Assembly: GCA_964016885.1 (NCBI GenBank)
Contig: OZ024740.1
Coordinates: forward strand, 128,464,001-128,528,000
Length of the DNA stretch: 64,000 nt
Direction: 5' to 3'
DNA from: Eledone cirrhosa
Taxonomy: Eukaryota
A program made the position numbers and the translations under genes. How positions within the stretch are numbered: the first letter of the stretch is position 1; each line of letters opens with the position of its first letter. Below the pieces are notes generated by a model. The model was not told the origin of the DNA. It did not search any database and saw only the letters and a list, made by a program, of their open reading frames with translations. Shown here in pieces: positions 39,428 to 53,063 of this stretch.

Positions 39428-41064
39428 GATCAAGAGAGGTATCTTTCAGGGAGATCGTTAGTCCACTCTGTTGTTTTTCCTTGCCCTGATACCCGTGACG
39501 ATTATACTGCGAAAAGTGAGAGCTGGATATAAGTTGGGAAAAGGAGAGCTTACCATTAATCACCTCCTCTTCATGGATGAATCTGAAGCTCTTCGGGAAG
39601 AGTGAGAAGGAGTTGGATGTGCTTGTTGACACTGTCCGTATTTTCAGCAATGATATATGTATGCAATTTGGTATTAGTAAGTGTGGAGTCCTTGAGATGA
39701 AGAGGGGTAAATTGAGCAGAAGCAACAGGTGAGATGATAAAGGAAATTGACACTGAAGAAGGATACAAGTATTTGGGTGTTCTGGAGGCTGATGACATCA
39801 AGAACAAAAAAATTAAGGATTTGATAAGATCTGAATACATTCGGAGAGTAGGGAGCGTATTAAAGTCACATCTGAACAGTAGGAATGCCATAAGTGCAGT
39901 AAATTCCCGAGCTGTGTCTATTATTAGGTACAGTGCGGGAATTCTGAAATGGAATGTTGCTGATCAAAAAGAAATGGATAGGAAGACTAGGAAGCTATTG
40001 ACTATCTACAACATGTTCCACAAGAGGAATGATGTCGATAGACTCTACTTAAGGAGTTCTGAAGGTGGAAGAGGTCTTATCAACATAGAGGACTGTGTTC
40101 AGATGGAGAAAAACAACCTACACAAATATGTGACCGATAGTAAGGTGCCAGAATTGTACTGAAGGAGAGGACAATAGACGAGGGGATGTCCAAGGAGGAA
40201 TTAACAACAAGGAGAAAGAGCAGCCTTCATGAAAAATCCCTTCATAGTACCTTCTTTGAGAAAACTGAATTCAGAGATACACAGACATGGAACTGGTTGA
40301 AAAGAGGAGACCTTAAAAAGGCTTCAGAAGGAATGCTAATGGCTGCGCAAGAGCAGGCCCTCAAAACGAAGTGGTTGAAACACCATATTTACAAGGAGGA
40401 GGCTAGCCCACTGTGCAGGATCTGAGGAGAGAGAGAGGAGAATGTGGCTCACATTGTATCCGAGTGTAAACACCTAGCCCAGACTCACTATAAGGGCTGG
40501 AGACATGATGTGATGGGCAGGGTGATCAACTGGCACCTATGCAAAGTAAACAATTTCCCACATTCTGAGAAGTGGTATGAGCATAAGCCAGAATCGGTGA
40601 TAGCAAACGATCAGGTGAAGGTGCTATGGGATTTTAGGATACAGACGGACAAGAAACTGGAACACAATAGACCTGACCAGGTGGTTTTGGACAAGGAAAA
40701 AAAGATCGTGCCTGATTGTGGATGTGGCCTGCCCATTCGACACGAGAGTGCAAGAGAAGGAGAGGGAGAAAATTAACCGATACCAGGACTTAAAGTGGGA
40801 AGTAAAAAGGATTTGGAACTGCCATGAAGTCAAAGTGGTCCCGATTGTCATAGGCGCACTAGGTACTATGTCAACAAGTTTCCAGGTATGGTTAAAGAAA
40901 ATTGGTCCAGCCACGCTTTTTGGAACGCTTCAAAAGGTATGCTTGCTGGGAACAGCAAGAACCCTCCGATACGTCCTAAATATCTGAGGCTGCAGGTAGT
41001 GGCTTCATATTCATTTCAACAAACGTTCCAGTTAACTAAGATCAATGACTGAGACTCAAAGAAC

Positions 41065-41120
<56 letters not shown>
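39427..41120 (+). mobile_element. R4/Dong-like RLE LINE, 5'-truncated, (TAA)n tail
   Basis: IKRGIFQGD, NHLLFMDELKLF, YKYLG, GGRGL, CRI..HIVSEC..RHD, RPD..DVACPFD..EKINRYQDL..VPIVIGALG. Flanked by (TAA)n on both sides. Confidence 0.9.
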
Positions 41121-41121
<1 letters not shown>

Positions 41122-41307
41122 TGTTTCTACTTTTGGCACAAGGCCAGCAAATACCCAGTGTATTACTGGTACTTTATTTTATCGACCCCGTAAAGATGAA
41201 AGGCAAAGTTAACCTCGGCGAGATTTGAACTCAGAATGGCAAGGTCCGTAACTCTATGCGTCAAAGCATGGCGTCCGACTCTCCACCGATACTGCCAATC
41301 CACCGCC
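41121..41307 (-). mobile_element. tRNA-derived SINE inside (TAA)n
   Basis: Reverse complement of the 54833 family, with A box TGGCAGTATCGG and B box GAGTTCAAATC. Confidence 0.85.
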
Positions 41308-41348
<41 letters not shown>

Positions 41349-41350
<2 letters not shown>

Positions 41351-44300
41351 GATCGAATTCAGGACAGACATATATCAACTGGAAAAAGAAACATCCCGAA
41401 AACAGAGGCTATATTGACATTAATAAAATAGCCAATATACGAAGAAATATTGTTAAAAAAATGTTACTAACTGATATAGAAATTGATCAGATCAAGCAAT
41501 TAGCACAAAGTCAGCGAAGGGAAAATGAAACATGTGGCAGTGAAACCGAGGTAAATTGTAACACTTCGAATCCCAGGGTTGGGGCGGAATCACTGACAGC
41601 AGAACAAATTAAAGAAAGAATCGAAAAAGTGGAGGGAGTGCATGCTCAAGATGAAACTCATAATGAAAACAATGAGATCGTAAATGATAAAGAAATGAAT
41701 GATAATGAACTTGCCAACTTGAAGAATGAAATTATGATCGAATGGATGAAAATGAAAGAATCTGACATGGGGGAACGAGACAATCTCACTAAGATCCAGA
41801 ACTCCAAACAGACCAAAAGATAATACACAAGACTAACTCTCAAAAACATTATCATCACAAACAAACTAAAGATTACTGATCTAAATCATCTCTATTTTGC
41901 ATCGGCTAAAGTCACCACTCATTTATGTGAAGTGAAAATGAAAAAACAAAGGAATTCCCACAAGAAACTTACTTGGCAAGAGAACATCAATCGCCAGATA
42001 AACCTTCTCCGATCTGACATAGAAATTTTAACAAACTACAAAGTAGGTGAACATGTTAAACAAACTAAACTTAGAAAATTGAAAAGGAAATACAGTATAA
42101 AATCAACAAGTGACATAGACATGCTGATAGAAACAATCAAGCAAAAAGTGTCGCCTAAAGCTGCTCGTATAAGACGCTTTAACAAACGATCTAGATTCTA
42201 TAAGGACAATAATATGTTAAAAAACAACCAAAGAAACTTTTACAGAAAAATTGGCAAGTCAACAATAACTGCTAAATCAATACCACCCAAGGAGGAAGTG
42301 CAAGAATTCTGGGAAAAGATCTGGGCCGAAGAAAAAGTTCATAATATACATGCCCCATGGATAGACAGAAAAATGAAAGATACAGCTCACCTTGAGGAAC
42401 AAAATGGGAAAATATAACAGTTGAACAGTTGCGTTTGGCTCTTAGAAGAACCAGCAAATGGAAATCTCCAGGAAAAGACAAAATACCAAATTTTTGGATA
42501 AATGCTTTCACAGAGTCTCATGAGGTGTTAGCCCAACATTACGATGAAATAGTTAAGGAGCCAGAAACGATACAATCATGGCTAGTTAACGACATTACAT
42601 TCCTACTTCCGAAGAATGATGATACAAACAATCCCCAAAATTACAGACGGATAACTTGCTTGACCACAATGTATAACATTTTAACATCAGTCCTAACTGA
42701 ATATACATATGATCACCTGATAACAAATGATCTATTTCCCAATGAGCAGAAAGGGTGTAAACGAGGCTCATATGGCTGTAAAGATCAGGTTTTGGTTTAC
42801 AAAATGATACTGGAACATTCTCATAATAGACACAAAAATCTATCAATTGCTTGGATAGATTATAAAAAAGCATTCGATAGTTTCCACACAGTTGGATTGA
42901 AAAATGTTTAGAAATTTTCAAAATAGCTCCCGTTGTCAGGAGATTCCAGTCATTCAGTATGAAGACATGGAAAACGACACTCCTTTTGAATAGTGAAAAA
43001 AAATCACTAGAAGCTAGAGAAGTTACTATTATTTGTGGAATTTTTGAGGATTGCTCTTTATCACCGCTTTTATTCTGCATCGCACTTATACCATTAAGTA
43101 AAATGCTCAATGAAACAAAACATGGATATAAAGTCTATGACAAAACCATTAATCACATGTTCTACATGGATGACCTGAAACTATTTGCAAAATATGATGA
43201 ACAATTGCAAGGGCTATTCTCCACTGTGAAGCAGTTCAGTGATGACATTAAAATGGAGTTTGGACTAGCTAAAGCGCCAAAGCAACGTTCACCAGAGGAA
43301 AGCTGCTGAAAAGTTCAAACATTAATCTTGATCGGGGGAATGTGATAAGAGAAATTGATCAAGAAAAAACTTACAAATATCTAGGTGTTTGTGAAGGAGA
43401 CGGAATCAAACACTCGACAATGAGGGAAAGGATAAGGAAGGAGTGTTACCGCAGAGTAAGAGCAATCTTAAGAACGGAATTGAATGCAAGGAAGAGGATC
43501 GATGCCATAAACACGCTTGCCATACCAGTAGTAACCTACAGTTACAATGTCATCAACTGGTCAAGTACAGAGATCCGTAGGCTCGATACAAAAATTAGAA
43601 AATTCTTAACCATGCACAGAATGCATCACCCTAAGGCAGATATAGATAGAATATATCTCCCTAGGAAAGAAGGAGGACGTGGGTTAATCCAGTTAGACAT
43701 TGCGTTGAAAACTGCAACAATTGGATTATCTACATATCTAAGGGAATCACATGATTGGATGATCAAACTCGTTTTGAAACACGAAAGCATCAAAAGATCA
43801 TACTCCATTACAAAAGATGCACAAAGATACAGTATTGGACTACAAATTTCAGAAGTTCCATTTACTGCTGAAATGGAAAACACAGAAAAAGCAAGGCAGG
43901 TAAAAGTAACTGCAAAGAAAGAACTGCTACAGAAACTGGCTAAGAAATGGCAAGACAAGCCTCTGTATGGAAAATACCCAGAAAGAGCTAATAATCCTGA
44001 TGTTGAGAAAACTTTAACCCATCAGTGGTTGGCATCCTCTGGACTGAAATCGAAGACTGAAGTGTCTGACAACAAAAAATTACCAAGCCAACATAATCAA
44101 AAATGGATGCAACCCATTATGCCGTGTATGTAAAAAACAACCAGAGACCAATGATCATATAATTTCAATGTGTATTCCTATAGCTCCAACCGAATACCTA
44201 AACAGGCACGACAGAGCTGCACAATACATATGTTGGATAATGTGTAAGCATTTTGACCTGCCCGAACACTAGAATTGGTGGGAGCATCAACCACCTCCGT

Positions 44301-44857
44301 ACTTGAAAAATATCACATCTCAATCTTGTGGAACTTTAGCATCCAAACAGACCGAAAAATAGATGAAAATAGACCTGATATAATACTGAAGGACTTTAAA
44401 AAAAGGGTATGCCTGCTAATTGATATATCCGTTCCAATAGACAAGAATGTATTTATAAAAACATTTGAAAAATTGAGCAAGTATAAGGACCTGGAGATAG
44501 AAATTGGAAAAATGAAGAAATTGAGAACTAAAACAATACCAGTGGTTGTAGGCGCTCTAGGAATGATACCTAAGGGGGCTAATGATTACTTATCGCAAAT
44601 CACAGGAAACTCGCGTATAGGAGAAATACAAAAGATAGTACTAATGGGAACTACCCATATACTAAGGAAGATTATGTCAATATAAGTACATCACAAGTCT
44701 AAACACATAAAGATGCATGTGTGTGTGTGTATGTGTGTTCTTCCTTGAACATGGTGGACCTTGTTGTCTCTTAGGGTCACTGGTTGTGACTTGCTGATAA
44801 CTCGTATGAACATAAAGCAAGATAAATGCAACTGTAATAATAATAATAATAATAATA
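41349..44857 (+). mobile_element. Longer R4/Dong-like RLE LINE of a second subfamily, frameshifted, (TAA)n tail
   Basis: WKSPGKD, YRRITCL, QKGC, WIDYKKAFDS, FYMDDLKL, GGRGL, RPDIILKD..LIDISVP..EKLSKYKDL..IPVVVGALG. (TAA)n at 41308-41348 and 44834-44857. Confidence 0.92.
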
Positions 44858-45120
44858 TTACGAAATGATCTATTATATTGCAGCCAACAGAATTTGAAAT
44901 CGAAATTCAGCAAACAAGATAGATAGCCCCCAATAATATGTCTAAACATTTGCAAATTTAAGACAATTTAGATAACAGTAAAAAAGCTGATATTGTTTGA
45001 GTTGTTTGTCGTGCGAGGGTGATTTCAATTTAAATCCCAATAGCAAGCACACTTATCCTCTAATTGTGAAGATACTCGTAGTTAAAGGAAGTATTTAAAC
45101 GGACTATCTATCTATATATA

Positions 45121-47712
45121 TAAGGCAGGCATATAGGCTTATGTTACAACTGTTTAAGGCTTTCAGATATTTAACGTTCTAACGTAATTTCATCTACATC
45201 AAGTTTGGTGAAAGATAGTTCAGAGTTAAAACGAATTTGTAAATTTCCAGCCATCGTAATTTTACAAAATCACAGATCATAAATGAAAAAATATTAATAA
45301 ATAATACTGACAAGGTTCAATTCATTAATTCATTTAAAAAAGGTTTCATTCAAATATGCAATTTGGGAGACTGCAGCAGTCCATCTTGCCAGAAAGGAAC
45401 GTCGTAAAGCTGAACGTGAGTACAAACTGCATAAATCAGATATCAATAGGAAACAGCGAAATAAATCATCCAACCATCTCAAGCAGGTGTCAAAAAAGGC
45501 AGTGCTTGAATTTGAGCAGCGCAGAGCAACCAGCCCTGACAGTAATGTGTTCTGGAAGTATGTTCACTCAAAGCAGAGGCCTCACTCTCCAGTTGGTCCT
45601 CTTCGCAATCCCCACACAAGCCAGGTTACCGACGACCCGAAGGAATGCACAGAACTCATTGCTGAATGCTATGCAGGCATTTTCACTATTGAAGGCCAGA
45701 GTGTACCGTCTCCACCACCTCTGACATCGGATTCTATTACAACTATGGAATTTACACCTGCAATGCTGCGACGTCACCTTAAAAATAAACGCAACCATGC
45801 CTCTCCTGGTCTTGCTGGTGTTACGTACCTGCTTCTCAAACGTGGTGGGTACTTCCTTCTGTACCAGCTATCACGGTTCTTCCAATTCTGTCTGAACAAC
45901 GGTGCTACTCCAGAACAGTGGAAAACTGCCAGTGTCATTCCTCTGTTCAAAAAGGGTGACCAAACATCACCTGTGAACTATCGTCCAGTCAGTCTTACAT
46001 GCTGCATTGCCAAACTGATGGAATCCTGTGTCAGAGAAACGCTTTGAAACACTTCTGGAACTCTCACAGTCTTATCCGGCCCTCGCAGTTTGGATATATC
46101 CCTAACTCTAGCTGCTGTGATCAACTTATCGAGTTTCTTGAAGACATCACTGATGGCGGCACATGGGTGGATGTTGATTACCTTGACTTTGCTAAAGCTT
46201 TCAATTCTGTACCACACAAAAGACGTATGGTAAAACTCTCTGCATGTGAAGGATGATCTTTTTAACTGGTTGAAGTCCTTCATTCTCAATCGAAGAGAGG
46301 TAGTCATGGTTCTAGGACAGCATTCCTCACCATATGAGATGTCATCTGGTGTACCACAGGGATCTGTTCTTTGCCCCCTTTTGTGGCATATATTAATGAC
46401 ATAGATGCCAACTTAAAGAATGCCACAGTACTGACATATGCAGATGACATCAAGCTGTACCTTGAGATAAAAAAGGACAGATCCTGAACACTATAGATCT
46501 TTCCTGCAATCTGACCTAGACACAATGCAACAATGGATCACGGACCGGCAACTCAAGCTGGCTGTGGACAAGTGTACCACCATGCATTTTGGGAGTAAAA
46601 ACCCAGCGTCCACATACTCTCTCCACAACACTAATATCAAGAAGTCTTCTTGTGAACGTGACCTAAGCATTACTGTCAGAAGCGATTTGCGTTGGACGAA
46701 GCATGTCTCAAATTTGTCAAGAAGGCCGAGGGTGTCTTAGCAAGACCTTTGTCAGCCGCTCTCCCGCTATCTATTTAAAACTGTATATAGCTATGGTGCG
46801 GCCACACTTAGAATTTGCATCACCAATCTGGAACCCCTATCTTGCTCAGAACATTGACCGCCTGGAAATTGTTCAGAGACGTGCAACCAAGCGAATATAC
46901 TCCATCAGGCATCTACCATACTCTGAACGCCTTGCTTCCCTGGGCATGGATACATTGAAGCTCCGACGTCTGGCAACTGACTTCGTAAACATCCACAACA
47001 TTATTAACCATCTTGCCAACCTGAGTACCTTTTTGATTTCCATGTGTCTAACACACGTGGGCATGCCAACAAAGTCAGAAAACAGGACAGCTCCCATGAC
47101 TTTCAGAAACATTTTTTCACGCTCAGAGTTGCTGAAGCATGGAACAAACTCCCAGCATCAGTTGTTAGCTGTCGAGACACTGCATCCTTTAAAACCTCCA
47201 TGCTTCCTGAGATTCGCCAACACTACACCTACTATTCCCCCTTCATACACACGCACACATGTATATCATGACTCATACACTATTCACTTCCCTGACATTT
47301 GTACATTATTCTATGTACTATACATGCACCTTTGATGAGTTGTAGTGCACCTGAGCACTGTACACAATAATTTCATTATTATTATTATTTATTAAATACA
47401 AAAAGGAGTAGCATTTAATTCCTTTGTAGACAAATCGTCAGAATCTCTATATAATATAAAACAGATATTTAATTACCGGCTATATATCCTCGAGTGTCAA
47501 GATACGAAGATTTGAAAAACGTTTTTGAAATCTTCGTATCTTGACACACGAGGATATATAGCCGGTAAATAAATATTTGTTCGTGTTATATAGAAATCCT
47601 GACGATTTCTCTACAAAGGAATTAAATGTTACTTCCTTTTGAATGAAACCTTTTTTTATATCAATTAAACAATGTATTAATGTATTCAGCCTTGAGGATA
47701 AATCATTTTTAT
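45121..47712. mobile_element. Palindromic element (family 3) with hammerhead-like motifs, interrupted by a CR1 LINE
   Basis: Palindrome centred at ~47520 with arms 47401-47515 and 47526-47640. The right-arm continuation 47640-47695 matches the reverse complement of 45310-45353. CTGACGA occurs in both arms. TA runs lie at both outer ends. Confidence 0.6.
45354..47395 (+). mobile_element. 5'-truncated CR1-clade LINE, degraded, (ATT)n tail
   Basis: FWKYV, WKTASVIPLFKKG..NYRPVSLT, YLDFAKAF, SGVPQGS, YADD, RPHLEFASPIWNP, QRRATK, TRGH..FFTLRVAEAWNKLP. Confidence 0.92.
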
Positions 47713-47927
47713 TATATATATATATATACTAGGTCATAAGCCATTAACTTAAAAGTCTTGTAAAAACGCCCACCCTTCACCAATTTGAAACAGTATATAT
47801 TTTTCCAGCGACAGAGAGAGAGAGAGAGGGGGGGGGAGTATATCTATAGATAATATACATGAAGGATTGATCCCGACTTTGAGATCGTACATTATCAACA
47901 TCGAATGAATGAGAGGTAAACTGACCT

Positions 47928-47972
<45 letters not shown>

Positions 47973-48379
47973 ACACACGCATACACACAAACATACATAT
48001 ATATTTATATGAATCAATATATATGTATGTATGTAAAGAGAAATACACATAGATATATGTGTTCAATCAAAGGGGATATGGGAACATGTAATTTGAACAT
48101 GCCCGGAAGTTATAGTTATAATTGGATGGTTAGTACTCTTTAATTTATTCTTTTAATTGATTTGTATTCACCATTCTATCCCTAGTCAATATGTTTGCCA
48201 CACAGGTGTTTTATATGCCCTATGATTGAACCCATATATCTATGTGTATTTCTCTCTATATGCTGATTTATAATGAGCCCGGTATCTGTTCCTTGACCTC
48301 ATAAAATTATAGTCGATGATTGTGTGTTTTTACCTCGAATCGTGTTGGACAGAAACAAAGCAGATACACAAAATAACAA

Positions 48380-48429
48380 ATTAGTCACTGAAGAGGTAAC
48401 AGATTGTGTGACGAAATAGCTTTGACAAT
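48380..48429 (+). ncRNA. Compact type I hammerhead-like motif (slightly degenerate)
   Basis: ATTAGTCA-CTGAAGA-G-GTAACA.GATTG.TGTGAC-GAAA-TAGC-TT-TGACAAT: stem I, core boxes and stem II are present; stem III is minimal. Confidence 0.5.
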
Positions 48430-48666
48430 AAACAAAATAAACAACCATCCGGATATTAAACCAACCAATTGGAAGTTTGTATAAATTGAAGTGATATCCA
48501 ACAGGTGTATGACATTTCGTTGGGAGCATGAACCTTCCAGATTATAAGAATACACACACACACACACAAGCACATACACACACACAAGCACCCCCCCCCC
48601 ACACACACAAGCACACACAGAGGCACAGACGCAGACACACACACACAAAGACCCTCCCCTATACAC

Positions 48667-48707
<41 letters not shown>

Positions 48708-48717
48708 AATATATGTG

Positions 48718-48767
<50 letters not shown>

Positions 48768-48821
48768 TAAACAAATAATGAATAAAACAATGAAACAGTT
48801 CCTTATATTAAACAAAAAAAG

Positions 48822-48976
48822 TTCATTATTTAACGATCGTTTCTAGGATATATATGTGTTAGAATTGGCATGCATATTCAACAGATCTATGTACAAAATT
48901 ATACAAAATTATACAAACTATCAAGATTAAATATACATACCAAACACACATATACGCCGTCTTCAGAAATAATGAA
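48822..48976 (-). ncRNA. Type I hammerhead ribozyme motif (mirror copy)
   Basis: Reverse complement of 50149-50303. Confidence 0.7.
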
Positions 48977-49442
48977 ATATATTTATTGATAATAACAACA
49001 ATTCAAAATTTCAGGTCCGTTTGGGAACAAAATTGACCAATGAAAATACAAAAGGTTTTATGCAGTATGGTGTGTGTATATACATGTAACTACCCCGTAC
49101 ACATATTTATACAAAGATGTATGCTCAACATGCATACGCATGCCAAAAAGATGCATGCAAATACAAAATTTCAAGGTTAATGTCTCTGTAAGTTTATAAT
49201 GCACAGATAAGATGCGTATAGACACATAAATATGAAATAAGTGTATACACATATTCTCATACTCACACATATCCGTACACTCACACACACGCGCGCGTAT
49301 ATGCATAAACATACACATAATTACGAACATACATACACACACACACCCCCACACACATATATATATGTGGATATGATATTATCATAAGCACATTATATAT
49401 ATACACATTATATATATACACATACACACATGTGTGTATGTG

Positions 49443-49530
<88 letters not shown>

Positions 49531-50148
49531 CTTGATATATTTCTTTTTTCTTTTTTCTTTTTCTTTTCTTTCCTTTTTAATTTTTATTTTTTATTTCTTA
49601 GTTTATAGATACATCTATAAATAAGCAGTCTGCCCAAACCGTTGAATACTGACCTCTCCTCCCCTCCCACCTAATTTCTGTATCTTGATCTAAATGTGTG
49701 TGGCAGTGTTTATGTGAGTGAATTAATATCCATGTGCTTATGATAATATTATATCCACATATATATATGTGTGTGGGGGTGTGTGTGTGTATGTATGTTC
49801 GTAATTATGTGTATGTTTATGCATATACGCGCGCGTGTGTGTGAGTGTACGGATATGTGTGAGTATGAGAATATGTGTATACACTTATTTCATATTTATG
49901 TGTCTATACGCATCTTATCTGTGCATTATAAACTTACAGAGACATTAACCTTGAAATTTTGTATTTGCATGCATCTTTTTGGCATGCGTATGCATGTTGA
50001 GCATACATCTTTGTATAAATATGTGTACGGGGTAGTTACATGTATATACACACACCATACTGCATAAAACCTTTTGTATTTTCATTGGTCAATTTTGTTC
50101 CCAAACGGACCTGAAATTTTGAATTGTTGTTATTATCAATAAATATAT

Positions 50149-50303
50149 TTCATTATTTCTGAAGACGGCGTATATGTGTGTTTGGTATGTATATTTAATC
50201 TTGATAGTTTGTATAATTTTGTATAATTTTGTACATAGATCTGTTGAATATGCATGCCAATTCTAACACATATATATCCTAGAAACGATCGTTAAATAAT
50301 GAA
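50149..50303 (+). ncRNA. Type I hammerhead ribozyme motif with long stem II
   Basis: TTCATTATTT (50149-58) + CTGAAGA (50159-65) ... GAAAC-GATC-GTT (50282-93) + AAATAATGAA (50294-303). This gives a perfect 10-bp stem I, both core boxes, a palindromic stem III loop and an NUH triplet. Confidence 0.72.
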
Positions 50304-50497
50304 CTTTTTTTGTTTAATATAAGGAACTGTTTCATTGTTTTATTCATTATTTGTTTAATATTTTATCTTGACTCTGTATACCGTTTATCTTTCACCGAAA
50401 GTGATTTTTCATTACATCTCTTCTTTCCATGATATCCGGAATACATTGAGTTCTTCATACGGATTGGACACTACCGTAAACTCTTGGTAGATTTATC

Positions 50498-50598
<101 letters not shown>

Positions 50599-51739
50599 TT
50601 ATATATATATTTAATTTAGTTGTAGCCATATGTATCCTGGGCTGTTGTTGCTGGCATTGTTTTGGGTGTTCGCCCTACTCATCATGCCTGTTTGCATACT
50701 TTATTTCACATAAATGCATAAAATATTATACCTATAATCTATGATGCAGTATTCTGAAATTTGTTCATGTTTATTTTTAAACGCCAATTAGTATTTTCTA
50801 AATTCTTCATGAGTTGAATATTTAGGATAATTTGTAGCCATTTTAAAACTCTTCGTCCTTAATTAGCTCATGTTAGAAATAGTCTCTTCTTCATTTCTTC
50901 TTAATATTTTTTAACAGATGGGTACAGCTGAATGTCTATATTTTCCATATTGTAGCGCCCATCCACATATTTTTGAATCAAAATATATTCTACATTGTGA
51001 GTTTATTTTCAAATAAAAGTGGTTCGTTGATTGGTTATCCACAACTTTTGTATTAGAGAGAAAAATATGAAAATATGTGTAAAATATTTCTTTCTGTTCT
51101 AAAATAATGCTATTTGATAAAATAACTACAATTATTGATTTGTATGTATCTTGGCAGAAATTGAGTTGTTGAAAAATATTATCTCATTCATGCCACAAAG
51201 CATAAGTAATCTTTTCTACTACATGGTCACTCGACTTACTAGAAATAGCATTAAATCACTATAGCATCCTAAATAAAGGAAGAACAGTAATATCGCCTAC
51301 ACCTGCGCAGATGATACCACCCTCTATTCTGCACTAATGTGTCATACACATTCTACTTAAACGTACCCTGCCAAACATGTACTTTTAAAAGATCCTCCAA
51401 TGGGGTCACGCGAATCATGTCGCTTTCAACAGCACAAAGGCACAATTACAGCACACCTAAATTTCAAAGCGACATAGACGGTTCTTCCAAAAGGAACACC
51501 AGCGATTGTTTTGAATGCTAGACATCAGGATTTCTGAGAATTTGCAATGACGAATGCCCCCTTTAACACAGCAAATAATATATAAAAAATACTAGCTTAC
51601 TCATCAGAGGTAGAATATGATTTAGCCTCATACAAATTCAAGCCCTATACAATGTGATAACCAGAGAAACTTATCGCTACCGCATCTGGGATTGTGTTAC
51701 TGCTATATGTACAAACATTCCAGACTACATCCAAATAAT

Positions 51740-51919
51740 TGTTTCTACTTTTGGCACAAGGCCAGCAATTATTCCAGTATATTACTGGTACTTTATTTTA
51801 TCGACCCCGTAAGGATAAAAGGCAAAGTTAACCTCGGCGGGATTTGAACTCAGATCGTAAAGGGACGTAACTATGCTGGAAAGCATGTCCGACACTCTAC
51901 CGATACTGCCAACTCACCG
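51740..51919 (-). mobile_element. tRNA-derived SINE with 12-bp TSD
   Basis: A and B boxes present. CATCCAAATAAT lies at 51728-51739 and 51920-51931. Confidence 0.9.
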
Positions 51920-53022
51920 CATCCAAATAATGGCCAATGGTCGTATCGTCATTAACTCATCAACCAGCTCCTACTTGTCTCTGGTCTAAAAGGCCGTCTC
52001 GTCTCTGCTTTTTCTATCACTTTTACAGTAGTCTCCGCTCGTCTACTATTATACTGTTCCAACTCACATATCTCTTCTCTTTCTGTCACATTATTCCTCA
52101 TCAAGCTGCGCACGTTCTAGCACGAGCAGTCTTTCTACCCACAACAATTACCTTCTATTATCTTTCATTGCACATTGTTTCCAGAACCTTCGTTTTCAAC
52201 TGTTTAAGTGTGATATTAACAGCGATGATTTATCTATATGTCATAGGCACAAATCGTTCCTCTAGATTGAATTTATTAACAACATTTCTCTTATAATAGC
52301 TACTTTTGTCCATCGGTGATTTGTGTTCAAATCCTGCCGAATCAACTTTCTCCTTTAGCCCTACAGACGCCAAAATATCAGCTATACACTGAGATATTCA
52401 AGCAGTTCTACCTTTCCACTAAACAGTTTCGGTTATTTTGCCATTGTGAAACTCGAAACAACTCATGTATTATGCTCCATTATGCTTGTAGTAAAATCTC
52501 GAAAAATCCTGTTTTGAAGCAGTTTATATTTGCGTTTGGAAGGCAATATACTACACGTTAAAAACCAACGCATTTCAGGACATCGACACCTTAAATGTAG
52601 TTATTCCTCTACGAAAATGTATGCTCTATTTGCACGAGTAGGTCAAACGTTAGTGTTAAGAGTTAGAGGTGAGAATTGCCGTCGTTCTTTAAACAACATT
52701 AGATTGTAATAAAAAAGCAGCATTGAAGAACAACGCTGTTGATATTTGTTAACGGTATTGAAGTTAACGAGTTTGACTTGCTCAGCGTTACTATTAGCGA
52801 CCTTGGTGTTAACAAATTCATATCATCAAAAACAAAAACCATCGCAGGGATTGTGTGATAACCGTCACAGTTAATAATAAAACAACCAGCAACAGTGTAA
52901 ATGATTGACGTGAAGATTAAGAGAGATTGGTGTTGCTGTTAACAAGACAACTAACTACAACATTCACTTTAAAGTGGGTTATGCGCATATTTAATTAACA
53001 ATATTACGAATAACAATAGTAA

Positions 53023-53063
53023 TGAACTGGGTTATTGCTGGCCTTGTGCCTAAAGTAGAAACA
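53023..53063 (+). mobile_element. Extremely 5'-truncated SINE 3' tail with 23-bp TSD
   Basis: ..CTGGGTTATTGCTGGCCTTGTGCCTAAAGTAGAAAC lies between copies of AATATTACGAATAACAATAGTAA at 53000-53022 and 53064-53086. Confidence 0.8.

Noticed and set aside
47729-47940. Possible reverse-oriented Helitron beginning TACTAG (also ~18591)
   Set aside because: Only the terminal tetranucleotide fits; no clear subterminal hairpin.
49058-50067. Two identical 98-aa ORFs on opposite strands
   Set aside because: Low-complexity by-product of the inverted repeat; used only as evidence of arm identity.
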